NCBI RefSeq assembly: GCF_006345805.1
Contig: NC_043000.1
Coordinates: 124,000,001-124,064,000 of the forward strand
DNA length: 64,000 nt
DNA from: Octopus sinensis
Lineage: Eukaryota
Reading direction: 5' to 3'
Shown: one piece after another, positions 57,101 to 64,000 of the stretch
How the letters are laid out: every line of letters starts with the position of its first letter
How positions within the stretch are numbered: position 1 is the stretch's first letter
The notes under the pieces: model-generated
What the model saw: the letters and a program-made list of their open reading frames with translations, nothing else
Databases searched by the model: none
What the model was told of the DNA's origin: nothing
Translations under genes and position numbers: made by a program

Positions 57101-60100
57101 CATCAGCCCCAGTAAATGGCTTCACAAATCTAAAATGGAGTATTGAATAAAAACTGATTAAAGAGAGAGAGAGAGAGAGAAATGAAGGGTGGTGTCATAA
57201 GAGTATGCTTATAAAATGGGTGCCCTTATTAAGAATATATAGGCACAAGAGTGGCTGTGTAGTAAGTAGCTTCCTTATGAACCACATGGTTCCGGGTTCA
57301 GTCCCACTGCCTGGCACCTTGGGCAAGTGTCTTCTACTATAGCCTTGGGCCGACCAAAGCTTTGTGAGTGGATTTGGTAGACGGAAACTGAAAGAAGCCC
57401 GTCATATATATATATATATGTGTGTGTGTGTATATGCTTGTGTGTCTGTGTTTGTCCCCCCAACATCGATTGACAACTGATGCTGGTGTGTTTACATCCC
57501 CATAACTTAGCGGTTCAGGAAAAGAGACCAAAAGAATAAGTACTAGGCTTACAAAGAATAAGCCCTGGGGTCAATTTGCTCGACTAAAGGGGGTGCTCCA
57601 GCATGGCCACAGTCAAATGACTGAAACAAGCAAAAGAGTAAAGAGTTCTACGACAATAGTGAAACACTGTGATGGACTGGCATCCCATCCAGGTGGGGAA
57701 TTTATACATCATAGAAACTGGCCCTTGTGAGTCGGCCTGACTCAAGAAGGTAACCTTTACCTTTAATAGTGAAACAAAATAATAAAAATAACAAGCAAAA
57801 TGAATAAATCTACCTGGCTTTAACCCAAGCTCTAGAAATTGGGTCATCGAAGAATTGAACATGAATCTCAGTCACTTTGCCTTTCTTGATGTGAACCTTA
57901 GAAGTTGGATGGTTGCATACAATGCTAGGCCACCATGGATAACCTTCAAGCTTTGACCATACAATATCACCAACTTCAAATTCTACAAGAAAAAAAAACG
58001 TATAACATTAGGAACTGAATTAATTGAAAACAGCAAGAGAAAAATTCTGTTTCCATGGTAACAATATATCAAAAGTGTTGTTATAAATGAACTGATCATT
58101 CAACTCAGCATCATACCTAGACATTATCTGTCTTAAGAACATTTTTTAATTGTATTTATTTTTCTACATAAAGTAGGAATCCCATTGTCCAGAAATTATC
58201 TGAAAACTGGTAGAATTCCTAAAAATTGCCATTGTTGGTTCATTTAACTTTAAGTTACTGTAATTGAAAAAGAAAAAAACTAGTTCCATTTCAGGAAACC
58301 TTATAATTAAAATAATGACTCCACTATCTCATTCTACATTAAACCCAAAATGCTATATTCTCTTTTACTTGTTTCAGTCATTTGTCTGTGGTCATGCTGG
58401 AGCACCAGGTTACAAACCCTTAGGAAGGGGAACTAGGTCTATGGCAGGTGATGAGGGGTTAAAATAAGAGGTGGAAGGAGGGCAGAACAGATTCTTGTAG
58501 AGAAGCTGCATGGTGCTCACTTTAAGTAGAGAGAAGTGAGAATGATCAGTTGGAGCTTCAGAGATAGTGATGATAAAGTATCCAGGTGGCCCCTCAAGGT
58601 ATGACGTGTGTAGAAGTAGAAAGGGGTGGATTGCGAAAGTATAGGGGGGGGGCAGGGAATGGGTGGTAAGCAACAACTGCAACGATTGAATAGAATTGAA
58701 GGGTGAATCCACAGAAATATCTTTCTTCAGCTTAATCTACTTTTGTGTATCCAGTGCTGGTGATGAAAAAGCAAACAGAAAGAATGTGGACTCAGTTGGA
58801 TCATTAAAGTAACTGTTTCACACTTATATATGATGGTGTGCATCCCGGTACAGGGTGCAAAGATGCTATTTTTGTCATTTTTTAATTTGAATGGATTATG
58901 AAGAGAGAGTGTATGTTGGTTTGAGACAAGTGATGGTATGGATATTGTATTGTAAGGAAGTGCTTCTTCTCATATCCATGTGGCATTTCATTTTGAGAAT
59001 TTTTGAAAATGATCCATGTGCAGCTTTGATGATGTGATGCTTTGTTTTCATAAAAATTTGAGATTTACCATAGTTTAATGTGTATAAGGAACCCGTTTTT
59101 TGTCAAAAATTAGGTTTAAAAAAATGGGAGTTTCTGATACATGGATAGTATTATAATCCCTTATAAAACCTTTTTACCAAATTTTAAGCCCCCAAAATTA
59201 GGGGGTTCCTTATACATGTTAAAATACAGTAATTGCTAAAAAGAGAGGGGCACCAGATAGCCCAAATAATCTATTATAGATTTTTTTTTTTTTTATGCAC
59301 CCTTTTCAAGCCTAGCCAGGCTCTTGGGTCCAGTTTCCCGGTTTCAGTGGCGTATGTGTTCCTTCAGCTGGACGGGGCGCCAGTCTGTCACAGCGTTACT
59401 CAAGAAACAAGAAGAGAGAGTGAAAGAAAGTTGGGGGCAAAAGAGTACAACAGGGGTCGCCAGCTTTTAGGTGTTTTTGCTCAATAAACACACACAACGC
59501 CCAGTCTGGGAATCGAAACTGCGATCCTTCGACCGCGAGTCCACTGCCCTAACCACTGCGCCTCCACTTTATAGATTTATTACTGTTTTTATATTTAGAT
59601 TATTTTGCGTGTGTGTGTGTGTTGGAGAAATGTGTTGTCTGCTTCTGTCTGTTGTTTTGCTTTCTTTTTACTTTGTTGTGTGAAAGTTAAGCATAAGACG
59701 TTTTGGCACTGCCTATTTGGTGTCACTAATTTATTTGATGTCAGAATGTTTTCTCTTGTTTTAATGCTTCTCTCATTGCCTCTCTCTCTCTCTGTGAGCA
59801 TCTAGTAACGTTTGTATGCATGTGTAATGTCTCTCTATCTATCTACATGTCTATCTGTACTTGTATATTTCTACATGCACATGCATTTTCCTCCAGCATC
59901 AAAAGAGGTTGAATGTCCCGTCAGCCATACCAAATCATCAGCTTCCTAACAGCCACGACCAATCGTCTCATTCTGATGAAAGTTGTAAAGAAGCTGAAGG
60001 TAATTCCTGGTATTTCTATGTGACATGTTTATATTGTTCAGTGTCATGATTGCTTGTATTTGATGTAGCAATTAAGACAGTATGGTGTAGAAATTAGTGG

Positions 60101-62022
60101 CTGCTATTTTTAGTTGTGTTGGGAGCTAGCTGTGGGAAGAGGTAACTGCAATATCATCTTCACATGGGAGCTGTGTGTTTTTTGTTTTGTTCCATGTCAG
60201 CTCTGATTTATCAACCCTTTAATCAAATGCATTCCAAACGTAACCACCCAGTCTATTTCTAGACTATGTATCGAGAACTACATTATCCAATGTGTCCTAT
60301 TTCTAGCAGATAGAGTAACCCCCTAGAAGCTTTCTCGTTGGCTAGTAGGTTTCTAAGTTTTGTAGAGGCTGGAAAATTTGGGTCAGTGTAAGGTAAAAAG
60401 AGAGGATGAGAGGACAGGTTGTTATTTCTCTGGCAATAACTACAATGCTAAAATGATTGAACTATATAATGATATATATTTCAAAACTGTTTCTCTTCTG
60501 ACATATGAATTAAAGACACCGAATACGTTTATTCTCTTTAAACTAAAACAGTCTGCAGTTTGCAGCTATCCCTAGTGTGTAAGTAGAGAAAAATTCAGGA
60601 TCCAAATTTTTGATATTAATTACTTTATCTGAATAAATTTGGATTAAGGTGTTTCTCAAACCGTAAATATTTCTGAATGTAGCGAGGTATATGCCGGTAT
60701 TTTATTTATATTGCTTACACGCAACAGTTTATAAGTATGATGATAGTATAAAGAGATTCTGCTTAAACCAGAATTTTGCCTAAAGGAAAATGATATAATT
60801 CACAGACGGGGCTAATGCAGAATCGCACCTCTCCTTGAAAAATGTGCTTTTTTTTTCTTTTTGAAGACTTCAATTAAGTTGGCAATTATTCATCAGAATG
60901 TGGAGAGCGAAATATAATAGACCATGATACTTAATGACAAGGTTATATAAACCCAGTAGGGTAATGACGAGGAGGAGATGTCCGCCCCAGGAGACGGTTT
61001 TATGGTCGCAGCACTTCTGGGCCTATATAGGCTGTTTGCCGACGGAAGAGCAAAATCAAGACCTTGTCCCAGGATCACACACTCTAGCTACGCCGCTACT
61101 ATAAACTATGAAAATTTAAGGGTATTAACTAGTTTCAGTCATTCGACTTAGTCCGTGCTGAGGCACTGCCTGCGATACTAACAATAAAACTTTTACGACC
61201 CTTTATAAACTATCAAATGAACTACTTCTCTATAACATTGCATGCATTCCTTTAGATTTGTATCGACTGTGGAAGTTTTCATACTTTGACCCAAGACATG
61301 CCTAACTTAACAACACCACATGGGTATGATACCGAATTAAAAGACCCTTTCACTGCAGACAGCAGGTTGTTTTCAGTCATATTTAGAAAACCATTCTCGT
61401 TAAAATAAATGGTATTAAAACAAAGTTGAAAAAGCAGACAAAAATTGCCAGATTAACTCCGATTGCGAGGCAATAAACTAAAATATCGATTCTTCCTTCG
61501 AGTCCAAGAAAAGGAGTTTTCTATTTTTTTATGTTGAAAACTTAGTTAAAGCAAAATTAAAGCTACCACTAAAGTCAGCAAAATATTAAGGGCAACACAA
61601 ATTTTAAATTTTATCACTTATTTTATAGATACAGATGATAGAAAATTTGTAAATATTTTTTATATTTACTCGTGTTTCTATTTCACTCTCAGGTAATCGA
61701 TAAATATATTGCTACTTGACACGCTGTACAACGAATGTATGGCTAACCACATCATGTCTACTGATATTTTTACGAAAATTAAACATGAATTGTTATCACA
61801 GCAAATATAAAACAGCTAATTCATCTCTGTCTTACCAGGAGTACTTTCGCCATTTTTCTCATTCGTCTTTTTACTACTAGTTGGTGTGGTGTTGTTAGAT
61901 GCTGCTTGTACATTGCTATTGCTACCTGAGTTATTCGGAGTCTTCGGAGAAAGCACCTGATTCTCGGTAGTTTTCTTGGGTGTCTTTGAAAAGTAAGAAA
62001 ATATCGTGTTGACTTTCCCCAT
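18620..62022 (-). CDS. MSH6: DNA mismatch repair protein MSH6, complete 35-exon model (4029 nt CDS, about 1342 aa)
   Basis: All 34 introns are GT-AG and phases match throughout. N-terminal PIP-like box, PWWP domain (YPWWP), mismatch-binding [11 protein letters not shown], Walker [18 protein letters not shown], Walker [18 protein letters not shown], and [13 protein letters not shown]. Confidence 0.97.
18779..18846 (-). CDS. MSH6: MSH6 exon 34
   Basis: [22 protein letters not shown]. Confidence 0.88.
18932..19066 (-). CDS. MSH6: MSH6 exon 33
   Basis: [39 protein letters not shown]. Confidence 0.96.
19625..19779 (-). CDS. MSH6: MSH6 exon 32
   Basis: [28 protein letters not shown]. Confidence 0.96.
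19919..20008 (-). CDS. MSH6: MSH6 exon 31 (Walker B)
   Basis: [30 protein letters not shown]. Confidence 0.96.
20442..20795 (+). mobile_element. tRNA-derived SINE (family B), full length
   Basis: GGAGTGGCTGTGTGGTAAGTAGC..GGGTTCAGTC..CAGTCAAATGACTGAAACAAGTAAAAGA. Confidence 0.85.
21381..21468 (-). CDS. MSH6: MSH6 exon 30
   Basis: [29 protein letters not shown]. Confidence 0.96.
21670..21789 (-). CDS. MSH6: MSH6 exon 29 (Walker A)
   Basis: [28 protein letters not shown]. Confidence 0.96.
23147..23245 (-). CDS. MSH6: MSH6 exon 28
   Basis: [23 protein letters not shown]. Confidence 0.94.
23344..23911. mobile_element. Foldback (long-TIR) non-autonomous DNA element
   Basis: Arms of about 250 bp: GATCTTTACCTTTTGACCTACAGATTTAAAAAATAATTTTT...AAAAATTATTTTTAAATCTGTAGGTCAAAAGGTAAAGATC; flanks GAAAATTT/GAAAATTC look like a TSD. 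Confidence 0.85.
24853..24985 (-). CDS. MSH6: MSH6 exon 27
   Basis: [29 protein letters not shown]. Confidence 0.94.
25110..25585 (-). mobile_element. Family A (RTE 3' end) with internal tandem subrepeats
   Basis: (CAT)n start on plus strand; repeated GTGCCACCAGCAC units. Confidence 0.8.
25651..25873. mobile_element. TTAA-CCCT MITE
   Basis: TTAACCCTTTTGATACC...CAGTAATGAAAGGGATAA. Confidence 0.7.
26135..26364 (-). CDS. MSH6: MSH6 exon 26
   Basis: [40 protein letters not shown]. Confidence 0.94.
26506..26740. repeat. Near-perfect inverted repeat (foldback element) in MSH6 intron 25
   Basis: TGTGTCTGGGGAGAGTCATTTTCTTTTTGTGCC...CACTTATTTT is mirrored exactly over about 75 bp, with looser pairing to about 95 bp. 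Confidence 0.9.
26781..26881 (-). CDS. MSH6: MSH6 exon 25
   Basis: [25 protein letters not shown]. Confidence 0.92.
27203..27540 (-). mobile_element. Family A copy, left of BPTF fragment
   Basis: CATCATCATCGTTTAACGTCCGCTTTCCATGCTAGC... Confidence 0.8.
27561..27999 (+). pseudogene. BPTF: Decayed exon fragment of BPTF/NURF301 in MSH6 intron 24
   Basis: [119 protein letters not shown] matches the conserved central region of BPTF as I recall it. In-frame TGA at 27636-27638. Ends at a GT (28000). Confidence 0.85.
28305..28542 (+). mobile_element. Family A copy, right of BPTF fragment, opposite orientation
   Basis: ...CCATGCTAGCATGGAAAGCGGATGCTAAATGATGATG. Confidence 0.8.
29238..29292 (-). CDS. 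MSH6: MSH6 exon 24
   Basis: [18 protein letters not shown]. Confidence 0.9.
30724..30814 (-). CDS. MSH6: MSH6 exon 23
   Basis: [23 protein letters not shown]. Confidence 0.9.
30945..31382 (+). mobile_element. CR1-like LINE 3' fragment
   Basis: Homologous to the 3' end of the 42088-43245 element (GTGGTGCACCTGAGTACTGTA, (TTA)n tail). Confidence 0.75.
32060..32914 (+). mobile_element. Young 5'-truncated CR1-like LINE
   Basis: Open RT C-terminal frame ([50 protein letters not shown]) and (TAAC)n tail. Confidence 0.9.
32988..33083 (-). CDS. MSH6: MSH6 exon 22
   Basis: [15 protein letters not shown]...DGF. Confidence 0.92.
33200..33280 (-). CDS. MSH6: MSH6 exon 21
   Basis: [26 protein letters not shown]. 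Confidence 0.92.
33357..33763 (-). mobile_element. tRNA-derived SINE (family B), full length
   Basis: Same family as 20442-20795. Confidence 0.85.
34288..34450 (-). CDS. MSH6: MSH6 exon 20
   Basis: [31 protein letters not shown]. Confidence 0.94.
34557..34945 (-). mobile_element. Non-autonomous Helitron
   Basis: On the minus strand ends in a hairpin CCCAAGCAACACTGGG followed by GATACTGCTAG; 5' end is (TA)-rich; termini match 63074-63710. Confidence 0.7.
35504..35612 (-). CDS. MSH6: MSH6 exon 19
   Basis: [27 protein letters not shown]. Confidence 0.93.
36046..36184 (-). CDS. MSH6: MSH6 exon 18
   Basis: [24 protein letters not shown]...RHM. Confidence 0.92.
37058..37410 (+). mobile_element. 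tRNA-derived SINE (family B)
   Basis: Same family as 20442-20795. Confidence 0.8.
37686..37755 (-). CDS. MSH6: MSH6 exon 17
   Basis: [22 protein letters not shown]. Confidence 0.9.
37882..38092 (-). CDS. MSH6: MSH6 exon 16
   Basis: ILYERGK...[17 protein letters not shown]...LKKMLSD. Confidence 0.92.
38174..39092 (-). mobile_element. Family B SINE interrupted at its microsatellite by a family A element (about 38432-38900)
   Basis: SINE halves 38174-38430 and 38902-39092 are colinear once the insert is removed. Confidence 0.85.
40071..40142 (-). CDS. MSH6: MSH6 exon 15
   Basis: [24 protein letters not shown]. Confidence 0.92.
41651..41716 (-). CDS. MSH6: MSH6 exon 14
   Basis: [22 protein letters not shown]. 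Confidence 0.92.
42088..43245 (-). mobile_element. 5'-truncated CR1-like LINE with RT domain
   Basis: [56 protein letters not shown]; frameshift near 42410; (TTA)n tail. Confidence 0.92.
43606..43745 (-). CDS. MSH6: MSH6 exon 13
   Basis: [18 protein letters not shown]...YLMAVTEK. Confidence 0.93.
44204..44339 (-). CDS. MSH6: MSH6 exon 12
   Basis: [39 protein letters not shown]. Confidence 0.95.
45490..46041 (+). mobile_element. Family A (RTE 3' end)
   Basis: Close match to 1010-1387 plus extra subrepeats. Confidence 0.8.
46495..46569 (-). CDS. MSH6: MSH6 exon 11
   Basis: [25 protein letters not shown]. Confidence 0.95.
47245..47462 (+). mobile_element. Family C SINE, well preserved
   Basis: GGTGGCGAGCTGGCAGAA..GAGTTCAAATTCCGCC..GCCTTTCATCCTTTCGGGG. 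Confidence 0.8.
47532..47591 (-). CDS. MSH6: MSH6 exon 10
   Basis: [20 protein letters not shown]. Confidence 0.93.
47687..47914. mobile_element. TTAA-CCCT MITE
   Basis: Same family as 25651-25873, inverted. Confidence 0.7.
49458..49545 (-). CDS. MSH6: MSH6 exon 9
   Basis: [29 protein letters not shown]. Confidence 0.93.
50030..50392 (-). mobile_element. tRNA-derived SINE (family B)
   Basis: Same family as 20442-20795. Confidence 0.8.
50665..51175. mobile_element. pogo/Tigger-like non-autonomous DNA transposon
   Basis: TIRs TACCAAAAATTCTCGAGTATAATCCGC / GCGGACTATACTCGAGGATTTACGGTA with TA ends; related shorter element at about 59066-59231. Confidence 0.7.
51405..51487 (-). CDS. MSH6: MSH6 exon 8
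   Basis: [27 protein letters not shown]. Confidence 0.87.
52547..52702 (-). CDS. MSH6: MSH6 exon 7
   Basis: [10 protein letters not shown]...[13 protein letters not shown]. Confidence 0.85.
53550..53665 (-). CDS. MSH6: MSH6 exon 6
   Basis: [22 protein letters not shown]...SPVK. Confidence 0.85.
54041..54113. repeat. (TA)n microsatellite
   Basis: Seen directly. Confidence 0.95.
54911..55004 (-). CDS. MSH6: MSH6 exon 5
   Basis: SKEDES...[15 protein letters not shown] (NLS-like). Confidence 0.85.
55520..55612. repeat. Purine-rich (GA/GGA) low-complexity tract
   Basis: Seen directly. Confidence 0.85.
55906..55997 (-). CDS. MSH6: MSH6 exon 4
   Basis: [17 protein letters not shown]...KSSK. 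Confidence 0.82.
56936..57129 (-). CDS. MSH6: MSH6 exon 3
   Basis: [20 protein letters not shown]...MDDLD. Confidence 0.88.
57240..57645 (+). mobile_element. tRNA-derived SINE (family B), full length
   Basis: Same family as 20442-20795. Confidence 0.85.
57814..57982 (-). CDS. MSH6: MSH6 exon 2 (PWWP)
   Basis: [25 protein letters not shown]...[16 protein letters not shown]. Confidence 0.93.
59284..59568 (-). mobile_element. tRNA-derived SINE with V-domain-like core, poly(A) tail and TSD
   Basis: Head GGAGGCGCAGTGGTTAGGGCAGTGGACT..GTTTCGATTCCC; core GACTGGCGCCCCGTCCAG; TTATAGATTT on both sides. Confidence 0.75.
61836..62022 (-). CDS. MSH6: MSH6 exon 1
   Basis: [15 protein letters not shown]...ESTP; phase-1 GTAAGA donor. 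Confidence 0.88.
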
Positions 62023-62111
62023 GTTTACTTCTTGCGGTCAACGAAGGCACAAGTGAATGTATTTGTAATCCAAATTACATACACACAAAAATCTACCGCG
62101 TTGTCAAAAAC

Positions 62112-62137
62112 CACGTGACTTGAGAGGGTTTTCCCGC
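62112..62137. promoter_or_regulatory. MSH6 proximal promoter motifs: E-box and E2F site
   Basis: CACGTG at 62112-62117 and TTTCCCGC at 62130-62137, about 90-115 nt upstream of the ATG. Confidence 0.5.
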
Positions 62138-62359
62138 GATTTATTGTCAACATTGCACCTTAAACTTTTGTTGTTTTTTTTTCTTATGATGCTTTTCTTT
62201 TATATACTGCAAATAATATTAAATTATTATATGTATAAGCAATTAATGCATTTGGGGATTCCGTCAGTGTTTTCGTTGGCTTGACAATGTGTTTGTTGTG
62301 TTATATTTTTATTTCTTAAAATTACAAAGTTGTAAACAAGTTTTTCGAATAAAATGTTT

Positions 62360-62407
62360 TCAAGATCGACTAAGGGTTGTAGGTCAAGATCGACTAAGGG
62401 TTGTAGG
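62360..62407. repeat. 24-bp perfect tandem duplication
   Basis: TCAAGATCGACTAAGGGTTGTAGG x2. Confidence 0.9.
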
Positions 62408-63023
62408 TGTATAAAGGAGAACCAATGCAAACTCACGAAAGAAAAAGTCACAGATCATTGTTTGCAAAGAATTTTAGCTCTTTATAATGCTATCCACCTG
62501 TTAATGCAACGAGGTTAAGGGCGATCTTACGCTAGGTTAAGCATTAAGTATGGGTATTTAGATGAGTGTTAAAACCAAATCAACCGCAGAGGGAGCTATT
62601 ACATGGTCGTTTGAACGGTTGGAAATATTTCAAAATTTCCCTCAAAGGACATTTTTCCGATCAAAATACAACAGACAATTGTGATCATATATCGATCACG
62701 CTTGACCTGCTACGAAGCAAGAGAGCATCTCCACGCCTCGCTTGAAATAGCAGTCGAACATTATTATCACCATAAACGAGGGAGTCAAACGAGCTGCAAG
62801 AATTAGAATCAAATCTCTTTCAATTCATATTCTACCGTCTTAAAAACGAAATGATACTTTGGATATTGTAATTCTAGCTAGGCTATGACGTGGGAAAATA
62901 TGACGGTTAGATCTCAAACTCTTTTAATCCATTTTATCAAGGCTGAACTGGGGCAAAACAACGCAGCTAAGCAACATTAATTAATGTTATATATCTCGTT
63001 CTCATATGTAAGTGGCATTTACA

Positions 63024-63027
<4 letters not shown>

Positions 63028-63073
<46 letters not shown>
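63028..63073. repeat. (TA)n microsatellite
   Basis: Seen directly. Confidence 0.95.
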
Positions 63074-63074
<1 letters not shown>

Positions 63075-64000
63075 TAGCAGTATCGCCCGGCGTTGCTCGG
63101 GTTTGTAAGGGAAATAACTATATAAGCATTTTTAGAGAGTTATAGCAAAAAAATAGCAAAAAATGCATTAAAAATGGAAAAAATATGATGGTAAATTTTA
63201 TTAAAAATCGTTGACTCATCGTAGACATTTTTAGAGAGTTACTTCCCTTATATAATAGCGAAAAAATGCATTAAAATGGAAAAAAAACGATGGTAATTTT
63301 TTTTTTAAATCGTAGACTCATGTAGACGCTTTCTTAGCCATTTCTGTTTTGGTGTCTTCAAGCCATGAAGTCGTTGTTCTAAAAGAACACTGGTCTCCTT
63401 GACAACGCATTACGACGTTGATTTCCTTACACTCCCTTCCCCACAGGTGCAGGTGTGAGCGTGGACGCCAACTCCGCCGCCATCGACACACGAAAAATTA
63501 TGCATTAAAATGGAATAAAAAATGATGTTAAATTATTTTTAAAATCGTAGACTCATCGTAGACGCGCGCTAATATTCAGACGGGCTCGATATGAATCACG
63601 ACTATAAGCTACCCGAATTTGGTTAAACTGCACCGCAAAATGTGGGAGTAGTTAGGAATCTAAATCGAAGGGGACAGACACTCACACAACTACAGTTTTA
63701 TATATATAGACTAGCAGTATCGCCCGGCGTTGCTCAGGTTTGTAAGGGAAATAACTATAAAGCATTTTTAGAGAGTTATAGCCAAAAAATAGCAAAAAAA
63801 TGGGAAAAAAAATGATGGTAAATTTTTTTGAGAGTTAAAAAAGGTGGAGCTGCGTCCCCTAGACGGTCTGTGGTTTGGGTTTCTGATTCTCGACCCCATG
63901 TCGAATTTATCGATTTTTTTCAGAACTGGGGGAACTTTTCAAAATTTTCGCTGCGTTAGTTTTGAATTATGACATTGGGCTATGTGTGTGTCAAGTTTCA
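63074..64000 (-). mobile_element. Head-to-tail tandem non-autonomous Helitrons (63074-63710; second copy from 63711 runs off the window)
   Basis: Minus strand: 5' TC at 63710, 3' hairpin CCCGAGCAACGCCGGG followed by CTAG at 63074; junction CTAG|TC at 63710/63711. Confidence 0.8.

Noticed and set aside
59495-59568. tRNA gene
   Set aside because: tRNA-like A/B boxes continue into a SINE body with poly(A) and TSD; no complete cloverleaf.
18620-62022. U12-type or non-canonical introns in MSH6
   Set aside because: All donors are GT without the GTATCC signature; three AAG acceptors (exons 14, 21, 33) are uncommon but canonical.

Overview
Eukaryotic, AT-rich, repeat-dense genomic DNA. The repeat families look like those of an Octopus/coleoid cephalopod genome, which is an inference from recalled repeat sequences. 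I reconstructed three spliced genes by hand from GT-AG junctions and frame continuity. (1) RNF8, an FHA + coiled-coil + RING E3 ligase on the minus strand, about 600-12695. (2) FAU, the ubiquitin-like FUBI-ribosomal protein S30 fusion on the plus strand, CDS 16319-18492, with a probable TCT/5'TOP first exon at about 12921 that sits head-to-head with RNF8. (3) A complete 35-exon MSH6 on the minus strand, 18620-62022, about 1342 aa, whose 3' end abuts or overlaps that of FAU. Introns hold RTE- and CR1-type LINE fragments, several tRNA-derived SINE families, TTAA-flanked MITEs, foldback elements, pogo/Tc1 remnants and Helitrons. The most unexpected item is a decayed BPTF/NURF301 exon fragment inside MSH6 intron 24, bracketed by inverted RTE 3' ends. 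I found no convincing wholly new biological system; the findings below are leads. Repeat coordinates are approximate.
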